A program made the position numbers and the translations under genes. Shown here piece by piece: positions 39,338 to 47,503 of a stretch of 64,000 bases of DNA (its first letter is position 1; the number at the start of each line of letters is the position of its first letter). The stretch covers positions 144,265-208,264 of the forward strand of contig OZ260106.1 of assembly GCA_965284645.1 (NCBI GenBank), read 5' to 3'. This stretch comes from an uncultured Bacteroidia bacterium. Lineage in GTDB: Bacteria > Bacteroidota > Bacteroidia > JAIBAJ01. The notes beneath the pieces were generated by a model that was not told the origin of the DNA, did not search any database, and saw only the letters and a list, made by a program, of their open reading frames with translations.

Positions 39338-40333
39338 TTATTTCTCCCTATACACTACGTCCATCAAGGTTTGTCCTACCGCCTTCAAAGACGATTTGTC
39401 CATATTCTCAGGCGTATCATTTAAGGTATGCCAATATTTGTAGAAATTGGACGGAGTAGATTTATCATGTTCAATGATGTCGATTGTTGGAATTCCTGCC
39501 AATCCGTTAATGTAATAATGATCGTCTACAATAGGCTGTGTCACCTCATTCGAAAAGCGACTGTAATAACCCAATCGGCCAGCAGTATTCCACACTTTGT
39601 CTACCACAGAGGAAGCATTTTGTACCGATCCGCCTTCCTTGGTGTAAACGGCATTTGGCCCCCCAATCATATCCAACAAAATGCCATACCGTGGACGATA
39701 GCCCGGTACATGGAGGTTCTTAGCCCAATATTGGGAACCCAAACAATAACTATTGGCCTTTTCGGTTTGCCCCATGCCATCCGGTTGTCCATAATCTTCG
39801 GCATCAAACAAAATAATATCCACACCTATTCTGGGCGGATTTTCTTTAAACAAACGGGCCATTTCCAACAATACGGCCACCCCACTACCCCCATCATTAG
39901 CTCCAGGAATCGCTTTGTTTTTGGTGTTCGGGTCCTGGTCCGAAAATGGACGTGTATCCCAATGGGCACAAAGCATTACGCGTTGCGGATTTTCAGCGTT
40001 AAAACTGGCTATGATGTTTCGCGCCTTCAACTGTTTATCATCAAACGATAAAACCGTTGCTTTTTGCTGGATAACGGTATCGGCCAATTTCTTCAATTGT
40101 TCAACCAACCAATCACCACATTTTTGATGACCAGCCGAATTGGGAACTCGAGGCCCAAATTCAACCTGCTTTTTTACAAGGTCAAAGGCCTTATTTTCAT
40201 CAAACGCAGGAATGGCAATTTGCTCCAACTGCTCCTTTGGCTCCTCAATTGGAGGCGTTTTTGGGTCTTTATCGGTACCACAGGAAGCCGCCACGAGCAA
40301 CATTCCTACCACTGCCCATTTCATTTGTTTCAT
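39338..40333 (-). CDS. M28-family peptidase / glutaminyl-peptide cyclotransferase-like lipoprotein
   Basis: Lipobox LLVAASC, plus CAHWDTRPF, GANDGGSGVAVLLE, FDAEDYG and WHTLNDT metal-ligand motifs as in bacterial type-II glutaminyl cyclases. Confidence 0.8.
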   Translation of the reverse strand: MKQMKWAVVGMLLVAASCGTDKDPKTPPIEEPKEQLEQIAIPAFDENKAFDLVKKQVEFGPRVPNSAGHQKCGDWLVEQLKKLADTVIQQKATVLSFDDKQLKARNIIASFNAENPQRVMLCAHWDTRPFSDQDPNTKNKAIPGANDGGSGVAVLLEMARLFKENPPRIGVDIILFDAEDYGQPDGMGQTEKANSYCLGSQYWAKNLHVPGYRPRYGILLDMIGGPNAVYTKEGGSVQNASSVVDKVWNTAGRLGYYSRFSNEVTQPIVDDHYYINGLAGIPTIDIIEHDKSTPSNFYKYWHTLNDTPENMDKSSLKAVGQTLMDVVYREK

Positions 40334-40337
40334 ACAA

Positions 40338-40345
40338 CAAAAATA
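40338..40345 (-). promoter_or_regulatory. -7 promoter box TATTTTTG, 4 nt from the ATG
   Basis: TATTTTTGttgtATG on the minus strand. Confidence 0.4.
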
Positions 40346-40475
40346 AGCTTCCGGTCTTGATATTTCCTCACAATTTCCAACAGTTTTCCAAGTACCAATG
40401 TTGAGTGTTTTTAACCTTTGGTGCCAACTATTGTAAATTTTTCACATCTTTGTAATCCAACTTCATCCTTCAATC

Positions 40476-40765
40476 ATGAAAAATCTACTTTTCGCCCTTT
40501 TATCTCTTGTTACGGTTGTCCTTTTTCTTGCAAACCTTGTTACGACTGCGAGCGCAAATGCGGTACCTGCACCAAAGGTTTTTTGGTGGTAGCCGGTTGC
40601 GATGGAGATTCTACGCTAGATGGATTTTCAGTGGATAGTTGGAAAGCCTATTTTGAAAGCCAAGGATATACCTGCGTTTACAACAATCCTCCGTCGGTTG
40701 AAGTTTGCGGAAACGACGATAAAAACACCTATTCCGATAAAGGCTACACCTGCACTTCCAAATAA
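40476..40765 (+). CDS. Small cysteine-rich lipoprotein, reading frame interrupted at a T5 tract (frameshift, sequencing error or pseudogene)
   Basis: The ATG at 40476 encodes MKNLLFALLSLVTVVLF.., which stops at 40592. Shifting -1 at ttttt (40522-26) gives ..VVLFSCKPCYDCERKCGTCTKG... through to the stop at 40765. That reconstructs a lipobox (LFSC) and a 78-aa mature peptide with 10 Cys. Confidence 0.5.
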
Positions 40766-40788
40766 AAAAGGATTTTAGCTTGTGTATT

Positions 40789-40970
40789 CCTAATTTCTAA
40801 TTCTCTAATTCCTAATTTCTAATTCTTTTGGCGTGTCCCATTCGCCCAATACCCTTTTCCCGTTGAAATTAGATTTGTGCAAGGCGAATGGTCGGGCTAT
40901 CCACTGCAAGTCCTCGGTCTGCTCCGTGCCTCCGCATCCCTGTGGGCTTTTCGTTTCTATCCCTACCCGG
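40789..40970 (+). repeat. Family-1 intergenic repeat, copy 5 (forward, subfamily alpha)
   Basis: Leader cctaatttctaattctctaattcctaatttctaattc. Box A is ttttggcgtgtcccattcgcccaataccc. Core B is ggtcgggctatccactgcaagtcctcggtctgctccgtgcctccgcatccctgtgggcttttcgtttctatccctacccgg. Confidence 0.85.
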
Positions 40971-41100
40971 AGAGAGTCGTGCTTGCTTCCATTGTACCTG
41001 ATGAACAAACAGTAGCAAAGGAAAACAGCCGTCCAAAAGGCCTAAACCAAGCTACATCCGGCAAAAAAGAATACGAATTTTATACTTTCATAACCTTTAC

Positions 41101-42657
41101 CTAAAAAGGCACATCCGAATCCGTAATATCATCCATCCTTGAGCCACGGGTAATGGTTTGCGATGGTGGCGGTGTGTCGAATTCGCTATTGGGAGCCATA
41201 GCAGCACCAAAGCTTCCACCTTCGCCATAGTTATCGTTCAAACTATCCAAATCAGCGAACTTACCAAGTCTATCAATAAACTTCAAGTTAATTTCCGTGG
41301 TTTTTCCATGACGGTTTTTGGCAACTATAATCTGGGCAATACCAGCCGTAGAACGATGATCCCCATCCTCGGTCAATCCGTAATATTCAGGACGGTAAAT
41401 AAACATTACCATATCCGCATCTTGCTCAATCGCACCCGACTCCCGCAAATCGCTCAACATCGGCTTTTTATCTCCACCTCGTTGCTCCACCGAACGACTC
41501 AACTGACTCAAGGCAATAACGGGAATGCTTAATTCTTTGGCCAATGATTTCAACGAGCGGGAAATGGTCGAAATTTCCTGCTCACGGGTTCCTTTGGCAT
41601 CCGAACCACCAGCAGTCATCAATTGCAAGTAGTCGATAATTACACATTGAATATTATGCTGTTGGGCCAGCCTTCTGCATTTCGCCCTTAACTCAAACAC
41701 CGACAACTGGGCCGTATCATCAATAAATAGAGGAGCATCGGCCAATCGGGCAATCCGGTTATGCAGGATTTCCCATTCGAAAGGCTCTAAATTTCCTTTC
41801 TTTAATTTTTCATTCGAAAGTCCTGTTTCGCTCGAAATCAAACGGGCAACAAGCTGAATACTAGACATCTCCAGGGAAAACACAGCAACAGGGCGTTTAA
41901 ATTCCACCGCCATATTGCGAGCCATACTTAAAACGAAAGCCGTTTTACCCATACCTGGACGGGCGGCCAAGATCAACAAATCCGATTTCTGCCAGCCATT
42001 GGTCAGGCGGTCCATCTCGGTAAAACCGGAAGGAACACCTGTCAAACCTCCATCGGCCTGTGAAGCAGCTACTTCAATTTGCTTAACGGCCAAATGCACC
42101 AAAGTCGACATTCGGTCGTAACTTTTGATGATGTTACCATCCGCAATTTTGAAAAAGTTGGTTTCAGCTTTATCAAGCAAATCAAACACGTCGGTGGTAT
42201 CTTCGTAAGCTTCTTGAATGGTTTCAGAGCTAATGCGAATCAACTCACGGGCAATGTGCTTCTGCAGAATAATTTTGGCATGGTACTCCGTATTAGCAGA
42301 AGAGGAAACCCTGTTGGAGAGCTGGGAAATATAATAAGGTCCACCAACAAAATCCAAGGCTGCATTGGAACGCAATTTTTGGGTAACCGTAAGAATATCC
42401 ACCGGTTGACTTTCCGAAAAAAGCTGCTGAATGGCCTCATAAATCTTTTTGTGTGCTTCTTTGTAAAAACACTCCGGTTTCAACAAGTCGATTACAGATG
42501 TAAGTGCATCCTTTTCCAACATCAAAGCACCCAAAACCGCTTCTTCCAATTCCACGGCCTGAGGTGGCAATTTACCATTTTCCAACCCTGCAAAAGCTAG
42601 ATCTGCCTTGGCTTTTCTCTTAAAATCGCGGTTTACCCTTTCTCCGGTTCCTTCCAT
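41101..42657 (-). CDS. dnaB: Replicative DNA helicase DnaB
   Basis: PPQAVELEEAVLGALML N-terminal domain, Walker A ARPGMGKTAF, and IIDYLQLM. Confidence 0.95.
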   Translation of the reverse strand: MEGTGERVNRDFKRKAKADLAFAGLENGKLPPQAVELEEAVLGALMLEKDALTSVIDLLKPECFYKEAHKKIYEAIQQLFSESQPVDILTVTQKLRSNAALDFVGGPYYISQLSNRVSSSANTEYHAKIILQKHIARELIRISSETIQEAYEDTTDVFDLLDKAETNFFKIADGNIIKSYDRMSTLVHLAVKQIEVAASQADGGLTGVPSGFTEMDRLTNGWQKSDLLILAARPGMGKTAFVLSMARNMAVEFKRPVAVFSLEMSSIQLVARLISSETGLSNEKLKKGNLEPFEWEILHNRIARLADAPLFIDDTAQLSVFELRAKCRRLAQQHNIQCVIIDYLQLMTAGGSDAKGTREQEISTISRSLKSLAKELSIPVIALSQLSRSVEQRGGDKKPMLSDLRESGAIEQDADMVMFIYRPEYYGLTEDGDHRSTAGIAQIIVAKNRHGKTTEINLKFIDRLGKFADLDSLNDNYGEGGSFGAAMAPNSEFDTPPPSQTITRGSRMDDITDSDVPF

Positions 42658-42795
42658 GGTGTAAAAGTAACTATAGCCCCTATGTTCTTGCTTACTTTCT
42701 TTTCAAAGTTGTTGATTTTGCCAAAAGTCTTACTGCCATTAATCAATTGTTAAGGTTTCATTATCAAGGCTTGACAAGCTTGGTAATATTTTCAA

Positions 42796-42848
42796 TTCAC
42801 AGGTTGTTAACCATAGTTCACAGGTTATCAACAGGTTTTGACAAGGTT
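42796..42848. promoter_or_regulatory. Phased direct repeats upstream of dnaB
   Basis: ttCACAGGTT at 42796 and 42817, aACAGGTT at 42831, and ACAAGGTT at 42841. The GGTT cores are spaced 21, 11 and 11 bp apart. Confidence 0.3.
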
Positions 42849-42871
42849 ATAAGCAATTTGGAAGACTAGCT

Positions 42872-43492
42872 TTATTCGGCCTGCTTTTTCCATTTGATGG
42901 TGCAACCGATAGCTTTGGTAAACGAAGGATCAGGTTCTCTTCCATCACCTAGCACCTGAATAGCTTTCTCAACATACTTCGCAGTTACAGCCTTTTCATC
43001 ATCGGCATTGTCGTCAATTGCCCCAATATACTGAACGGTAAAGGCACCATTCTTGTTCTCTAGCAAAAAAACATGGGGTGTTTTGGTTGCACCAAACGCC
43101 TTAGCTACCGCTTGGGTTTCGTCGAATAAATAAGGAAAAGTATACCTTTTTTCTTTGGCTAACTTTTGCATATTTTCAAAACTATCATCGGGTTCAACCT
43201 TAGGATCGTTGGAACTTATTGCAACTACCGGCCAACCTTGCTTTTTAAAGTTTTTATCCAATTCCAAAATCCGGCCTTCGTACTTTTTGGAGTAAGGACA
43301 ATGGTTGCAGGTAAATACTAAAATAACGCCTTTGGATTTACCATAATCCTCCAAGGAAACCATTTTCCCATCCACATTTTTCAATTTAAAACTTCCTGCT
43401 TTATCACCCACCTGATACCCTTTTTCAGGACCGGTAAATGAACAAAATCCGATAAACATTGCGGCCACGGCCAATTTGATTGCTTTTTTCAT
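42872..43492 (-). CDS. Thioredoxin-fold (redoxin/AhpC-TSA-like) secreted protein
   Basis: Signal peptide and FTCNHCPYS (CxxC), 206 aa. Confidence 0.8.
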   Translation of the reverse strand: MKKAIKLAVAAMFIGFCSFTGPEKGYQVGDKAGSFKLKNVDGKMVSLEDYGKSKGVILVFTCNHCPYSKKYEGRILELDKNFKKQGWPVVAISSNDPKVEPDDSFENMQKLAKEKRYTFPYLFDETQAVAKAFGATKTPHVFLLENKNGAFTVQYIGAIDDNADDEKAVTAKYVEKAIQVLGDGREPDPSFTKAIGCTIKWKKQAE

Positions 43493-43496
43493 TGTT

Positions 43497-43982
43497 TTAT
43501 TTGTTGTTTAAATGATAATTTATTGTTGTCATTAATTCTGATTTTCCCAATTCGCCTTCCTTATAAAAAAGGCGTTTGCCTTGCTTATAGATTAAGGTAA
43601 AAGGAATGCTTCCACTCCATTCCTTTTCTATGGCATCAATCCACACATTAGGATTGCCGGCCTGCAGAAGATAGCTCGGAAAGGGCAAACCTTTACTAAG
43701 GGCAAATTGTTCAGTCTTTTCAAGTTCTTTGAGGCTATTCAAACTGATAAAAACAAAGTTCAATTTCTCATTCCCCAGCTCTTTTTTCGCTTCTAAAAAG
43801 TCGGGCAATTCTTTCACACAAGGACTACACCAAGTGGCCCAAAAATTAACCACATACAGGGTGTCGCTTGGTTTTAATACCAAATCGTGGTAGGCCTTTA
43901 AATCCAAAACCTCCAATTTTTGAGCAAGAACCTCCAAGGAGCAGAACAACCAAAAACTTAAACAAATGAAGCATTTTGCCAT
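43497..43982 (-). CDS. TlpA-family thiol:disulfide oxidoreductase
   Basis: Signal peptide and FWATWCSPCVKELP (WCxxC). Confidence 0.85.
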   Translation of the reverse strand: MAKCFICLSFWLFCSLEVLAQKLEVLDLKAYHDLVLKPSDTLYVVNFWATWCSPCVKELPDFLEAKKELGNEKLNFVFISLNSLKELEKTEQFALSKGLPFPSYLLQAGNPNVWIDAIEKEWSGSIPFTLIYKQGKRLFYKEGELGKSELMTTINYHLNNK

Positions 43983-43986
43983 TACC

Positions 43987-43994
43987 CAAAATTA
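43987..43994 (-). promoter_or_regulatory. -7 promoter box TAATTTTG, 4 nt from the ATG
   Basis: TAATTTTGggtaATG on the minus strand. Confidence 0.4.
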
Positions 43995-44100
43995 CACATC
44001 AATTTCCACAATAAAGCCCTCGCTTGTTAGTTTTTATGAAAGCCTTAACCAAATTTAACCATGAACTTTTCTCCAATCTTCGCTATCTTCGCCCATTCCT

Positions 44101-47100
44101 ATGAGCTCTGAACTGTCGGCATACAACCAGCTAATCGAAAAACTGGATGAGTTTATTCGCAAATACTATAAAAACCAGTTATTGCGTGGGCTTATCTATT
44201 GCCTAACCTTGTTTCTTGGGTTTTATTTGTTGGTAAGTGTAGCCGAATATTTTGGCAACTTTTCCACCACCATCCGAACAACCCTGTTTTACAGCTTCTT
44301 AGCCATCAATGCCTTGGTGGTCGTTCGATTTATCGTTATTCCATTGCTCAAACTCTACAAATTAGGAAAAACCCTCAGCTATGAACAAGCTGCCGAAATT
44401 GTAGGAAAGCACTTTTCAAATGTAAACGATAAGCTGTTAAATGTACTTCAGCTAAACCAACAACGCCAATCTGCTCCAAATCCACAATACTTACAATTAC
44501 TAGAAGCCAGTATTTCGCAAAAAACATTGGAGCTTCGGCCTGTACCTTTCGTAGCGGCAATTGATTTAAGCGAAAACAAGAAATTCCTTGCCTATTTAGG
44601 ACCTGTTTTAGGCTTGTTTCTGGCCATCTATTTTATTTGGCCTTCCATCCTCACGGAAAGTACAGATAGATTGGTGCACCACGATGTTTATTTCGAACCC
44701 AAGGCACCTTTCAATTTCCAGGTTTCCAATAGCAGTCTGCAATGCGTAAGGCATGAAGATTTCACTTTGGATATTAAAATTGACGGAAGTGCCATTCCGA
44801 ATGAGGCCTACATGGAGGTAGGGGAAGCTCGGTATAAACTTGAGAAAGAAAACCTAACCACTTTCCACCATACTTTTCGCAGTGTGCAGAAAAACACCAA
44901 GTTTCGATTGTTTGCCGATGGCTTTTATTCCAAAGAAATGGAAATAGTGGCCTTACCCAATCCCATTCTCTTGGATTTTGAAATCAAATTGGATTACCCG
45001 GCCTATACCGGAAAAATGGATGAAGTGGTGGCCAATTCGGGCGATATCACGGTTCCTTTTGGCACAAAGGCTTATTGGACTTTCCGAACCAAGGATACCC
45101 GTAGCATCAAGCTTAGTTTCAACGATACCACTTATGCTATTGCTCCAACCCAGGAAGGAAGCTTTCATTGGAACGGCAATCTTCGCCAAAACAAAACGTA
45201 CAGCATTACAGCCTACAACGAGTACTTTAAAAGCAAGGACAGTGTAAAATACTATATAGCTGTTGTTCCCGATCTTTTTCCAACCCTTGCGATGGAAGAA
45301 CAAAAAGACAGCACTTCGGCTAAACGCTTGTTTTTTACCGGACAAGTTGGGGATGATTACGGATTTAAGAAACTCCTCTTCAATTATTCCTTGTTAGGCA
45401 AGAAAGACAGCAGTGGCAAACCCATTGAAACCATGAAATCGGTGAATGTACCCATTAGTACTTCGGCCAAACAAGATGAGTTTTTCCATGTATGGGATTT
45501 ACATGGTATTGATGTTCAACCCGGCGACCAATTGGAATACTATTTCGAGGTATTCGACAATGACGGAGTAAACGGAAGCAAAAGCACCCGAAGTGAAAAA
45601 AGAATTTTCAAAATCCCTTCCCTAAACGAACTAGCGGAAAGAAGTGAGAAAAAGGGAGACGAAATCAAACAAGACCTGCAATCCAGCATCAACTTGGCCA
45701 AACAAATACAAAAGCAAATGGCTGATTTGAATAAGAAAATGATGGAGAAGAAAAGCCTCAGTTGGGAAGATCGGAAGCAAATGCGAGAACTGATGGAAAT
45801 GCAAAAAGAACTGGAACAAAAGGTAGAAGAGGTGAAAAAGGAAAATGCTTCCAAAAACCAAGAACAAAGCGAATTTAGAGAAATGGATCCGGAACTGTTG
45901 GAAAAACAGCAAGAAATTCAAAAGCTGTTTGACCAAGTGATGACTGAAGAAATGAAGAAGATGATGGAAGAAATGCAAAAGTTGATGGATCAGATGGACA
46001 AAGAAAAGGCAAAGGACATGTTGGACAAAATGAAATTGACCAATGAAGACATTTCAAAGGAGTTGGACAGAACTTTAGAACTTTTCAAAAAGCTGGAATT
46101 GGAGCAGAAAATGAACCAAGCCATTGAAAAAATGGATGATTTGGCCAAACGACAAGAAGAACTATCCAAACAAAGCGAAAACAAGGAAAGCAATGAAAAG
46201 GAGTTGAAGGAAGAGCAGGACAAACTGAACAAAGAGTTTGAAGCGATGAAAAAGGAAATGGACGAACTGAAAAAAGAAAGTGAGGAATTAGGAGAGAAGA
46301 TGCCTTTGGAACAATTGGAACAAGACCAGAAGGAAGTTGAAGAAGAAATGAAAAAGAGTTCGGAAGAATTGGGTGATATGAAGAAAAAGCAAGCAGCCAA
46401 ATCGCAAAAGAAAGCCAGTGAAGGAATGCAAAGCATGTCGAAAAAGATGAAAAGCATGATGGATTCGATGGCACAAGAAGCAGCGGAGGAGGATTTGAAA
46501 GCGTTGCGAGAAATTTTGGAAAACCTTTTAAAACTATCGTTCGACCAAGAAAGCTTAATTGGATTAACTAAGAATACCAGCATCAACGATCCCAACTACA
46601 CCAAAATAGCCCGTCAGCAACAAAAGCTTCGCGACGATAGCCAAGTAATACAGGATTCATTATTTGCTTTGAGCAAAAGGATAACCCAAATCCAAAGTAC
46701 GGTTAACAAAGAGATCAATGCCATTAACGACAATATGGGTAAATCCATAACCAGTTTGGCTGATAGAAATGTAGGTCAGGCTCAAACCAGGCAGCAATAT
46801 GCTATGACCAGCATCAACAATTTGGCCTTGCTTCTTTCTGAAATAGAACAACAAATGGCTCAAAGCCAAAGCCAATCTTCGGGAAATGGAAGTTGCAAAA
46901 AACCAGGTAAAGGTCAGCCCAAACCTTCGGCTGCCAATATGCGGGCTATGCAAGAACAGCTCAGCAAGCAATTGCAGAAAATGAAGGAAGGCATGGAAAA
47001 AGGCGGCAAAAAACCTGGCGATCAAAAAGGAATGGGACAAGGTGGAATGAGCAAGGAATTAGCAAAGATGGCGGCACAACAAGAAGCCATTCGCCAAATG

Positions 47101-47481
47101 ATGGGCGATATGATGAAAAAGCAGGCCGGCAAGGATGGTAAAATGGACAAAGGACAACAAGGCAACTTAGGACGAATGGCCGAATTGATGGAGCAGAACG
47201 AAACCGATATGGTAAACCGCAACATCACCAACGAAACCTTGAAGCGCCAGCAGGAAATATTGACCAGACTTTTGGAGGCCGAAAAATCAGAGCGGGAACG
47301 CGGCGAAGAAGAGAAGCGAGAGTCGAAAGAAGCAAAAAATCAGGAATATAGTAACCCTGCACTTTTTTTCGAGTATAAGCACAAAAAACAACAGGAAGAC
47401 GAGTTGCTTAGGACAATTCCTTTGGGTATGCAGCCGTTTTACAAAGAAAAAGTGAATACTTATTTTAATTCAATTGAATAA
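44101..47481 (+). CDS. Large membrane-anchored protein with a long Lys/Glu/Met/Gln-rich coiled-coil region (DUF4175-like, recalled from memory)
   Basis: 1126 aa with N-terminal TMs (LLRGLIYCLTLFLGFYLLVSVAEYF...). Residues from about 500 to 1080 are low-complexity coiled coil (MKKMMEEMQKLMDQMDKEKAKDMLDKMK...). Confidence 0.75.
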   Translation: MSSELSAYNQLIEKLDEFIRKYYKNQLLRGLIYCLTLFLGFYLLVSVAEYFGNFSTTIRTTLFYSFLAINALVVVRFIVIPLLKLYKLGKTLSYEQAAEIVGKHFSNVNDKLLNVLQLNQQRQSAPNPQYLQLLEASISQKTLELRPVPFVAAIDLSENKKFLAYLGPVLGLFLAIYFIWPSILTESTDRLVHHDVYFEPKAPFNFQVSNSSLQCVRHEDFTLDIKIDGSAIPNEAYMEVGEARYKLEKENLTTFHHTFRSVQKNTKFRLFADGFYSKEMEIVALPNPILLDFEIKLDYPAYTGKMDEVVANSGDITVPFGTKAYWTFRTKDTRSIKLSFNDTTYAIAPTQEGSFHWNGNLRQNKTYSITAYNEYFKSKDSVKYYIAVVPDLFPTLAMEEQKDSTSAKRLFFTGQVGDDYGFKKLLFNYSLLGKKDSSGKPIETMKSVNVPISTSAKQDEFFHVWDLHGIDVQPGDQLEYYFEVFDNDGVNGSKSTRSEKRIFKIPSLNELAERSEKKGDEIKQDLQSSINLAKQIQKQMADLNKKMMEKKSLSWEDRKQMRELMEMQKELEQKVEEVKKENASKNQEQSEFREMDPELLEKQQEIQKLFDQVMTEEMKKMMEEMQKLMDQMDKEKAKDMLDKMKLTNEDISKELDRTLELFKKLELEQKMNQAIEKMDDLAKRQEELSKQSENKESNEKELKEEQDKLNKEFEAMKKEMDELKKESEELGEKMPLEQLEQDQKEVEEEMKKSSEELGDMKKKQAAKSQKKASEGMQSMSKKMKSMMDSMAQEAAEEDLKALREILENLLKLSFDQESLIGLTKNTSINDPNYTKIARQQQKLRDDSQVIQDSLFALSKRITQIQSTVNKEINAINDNMGKSITSLADRNVGQAQTRQQYAMTSINNLALLLSEIEQQMAQSQSQSSGNGSCKKPGKGQPKPSAANMRAMQEQLSKQLQKMKEGMEKGGKKPGDQKGMGQGGMSKELAKMAAQQEAIRQMMGDMMKKQAGKDGKMDKGQQGNLGRMAELMEQNETDMVNRNITNETLKRQQEILTRLLEAEKSERERGEEEKRESKEAKNQEYSNPALFFEYKHKKQQEDELLRTIPLGMQPFYKEKVNTYFNSIE

Positions 47482-47503
47482 TTTCTCAACGTTTGCAATA
47501 CCG

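Noticed and set aside
42740-42850. Possible oriC, because of TTATCAACA- and TTATCAAGG-like words upstream of dnaB.
   Set aside because: There are only 2-3 imperfect DnaA-box-like words, no adjacent AT-rich unwinding element with 13-mer-type repeats, no dnaA or dnaN nearby, and no visible strand-bias switch. It is retained only as an unexplained phased-repeat site.
45540-47231. A cluster of antisense and alternative-frame ORFs of 60-201 aa (for example 45990..46595, 46085..46474, 46660..47040) inside the 1126-aa gene.
   Set aside because: They lie in the Lys/Glu/Met low-complexity coiled-coil region. Reverse-complemented GAA/AAG/ATG-rich codons give stop-poor Phe/Leu/Ser-rich frames. They have no independent start context or motifs, so they are spurious.
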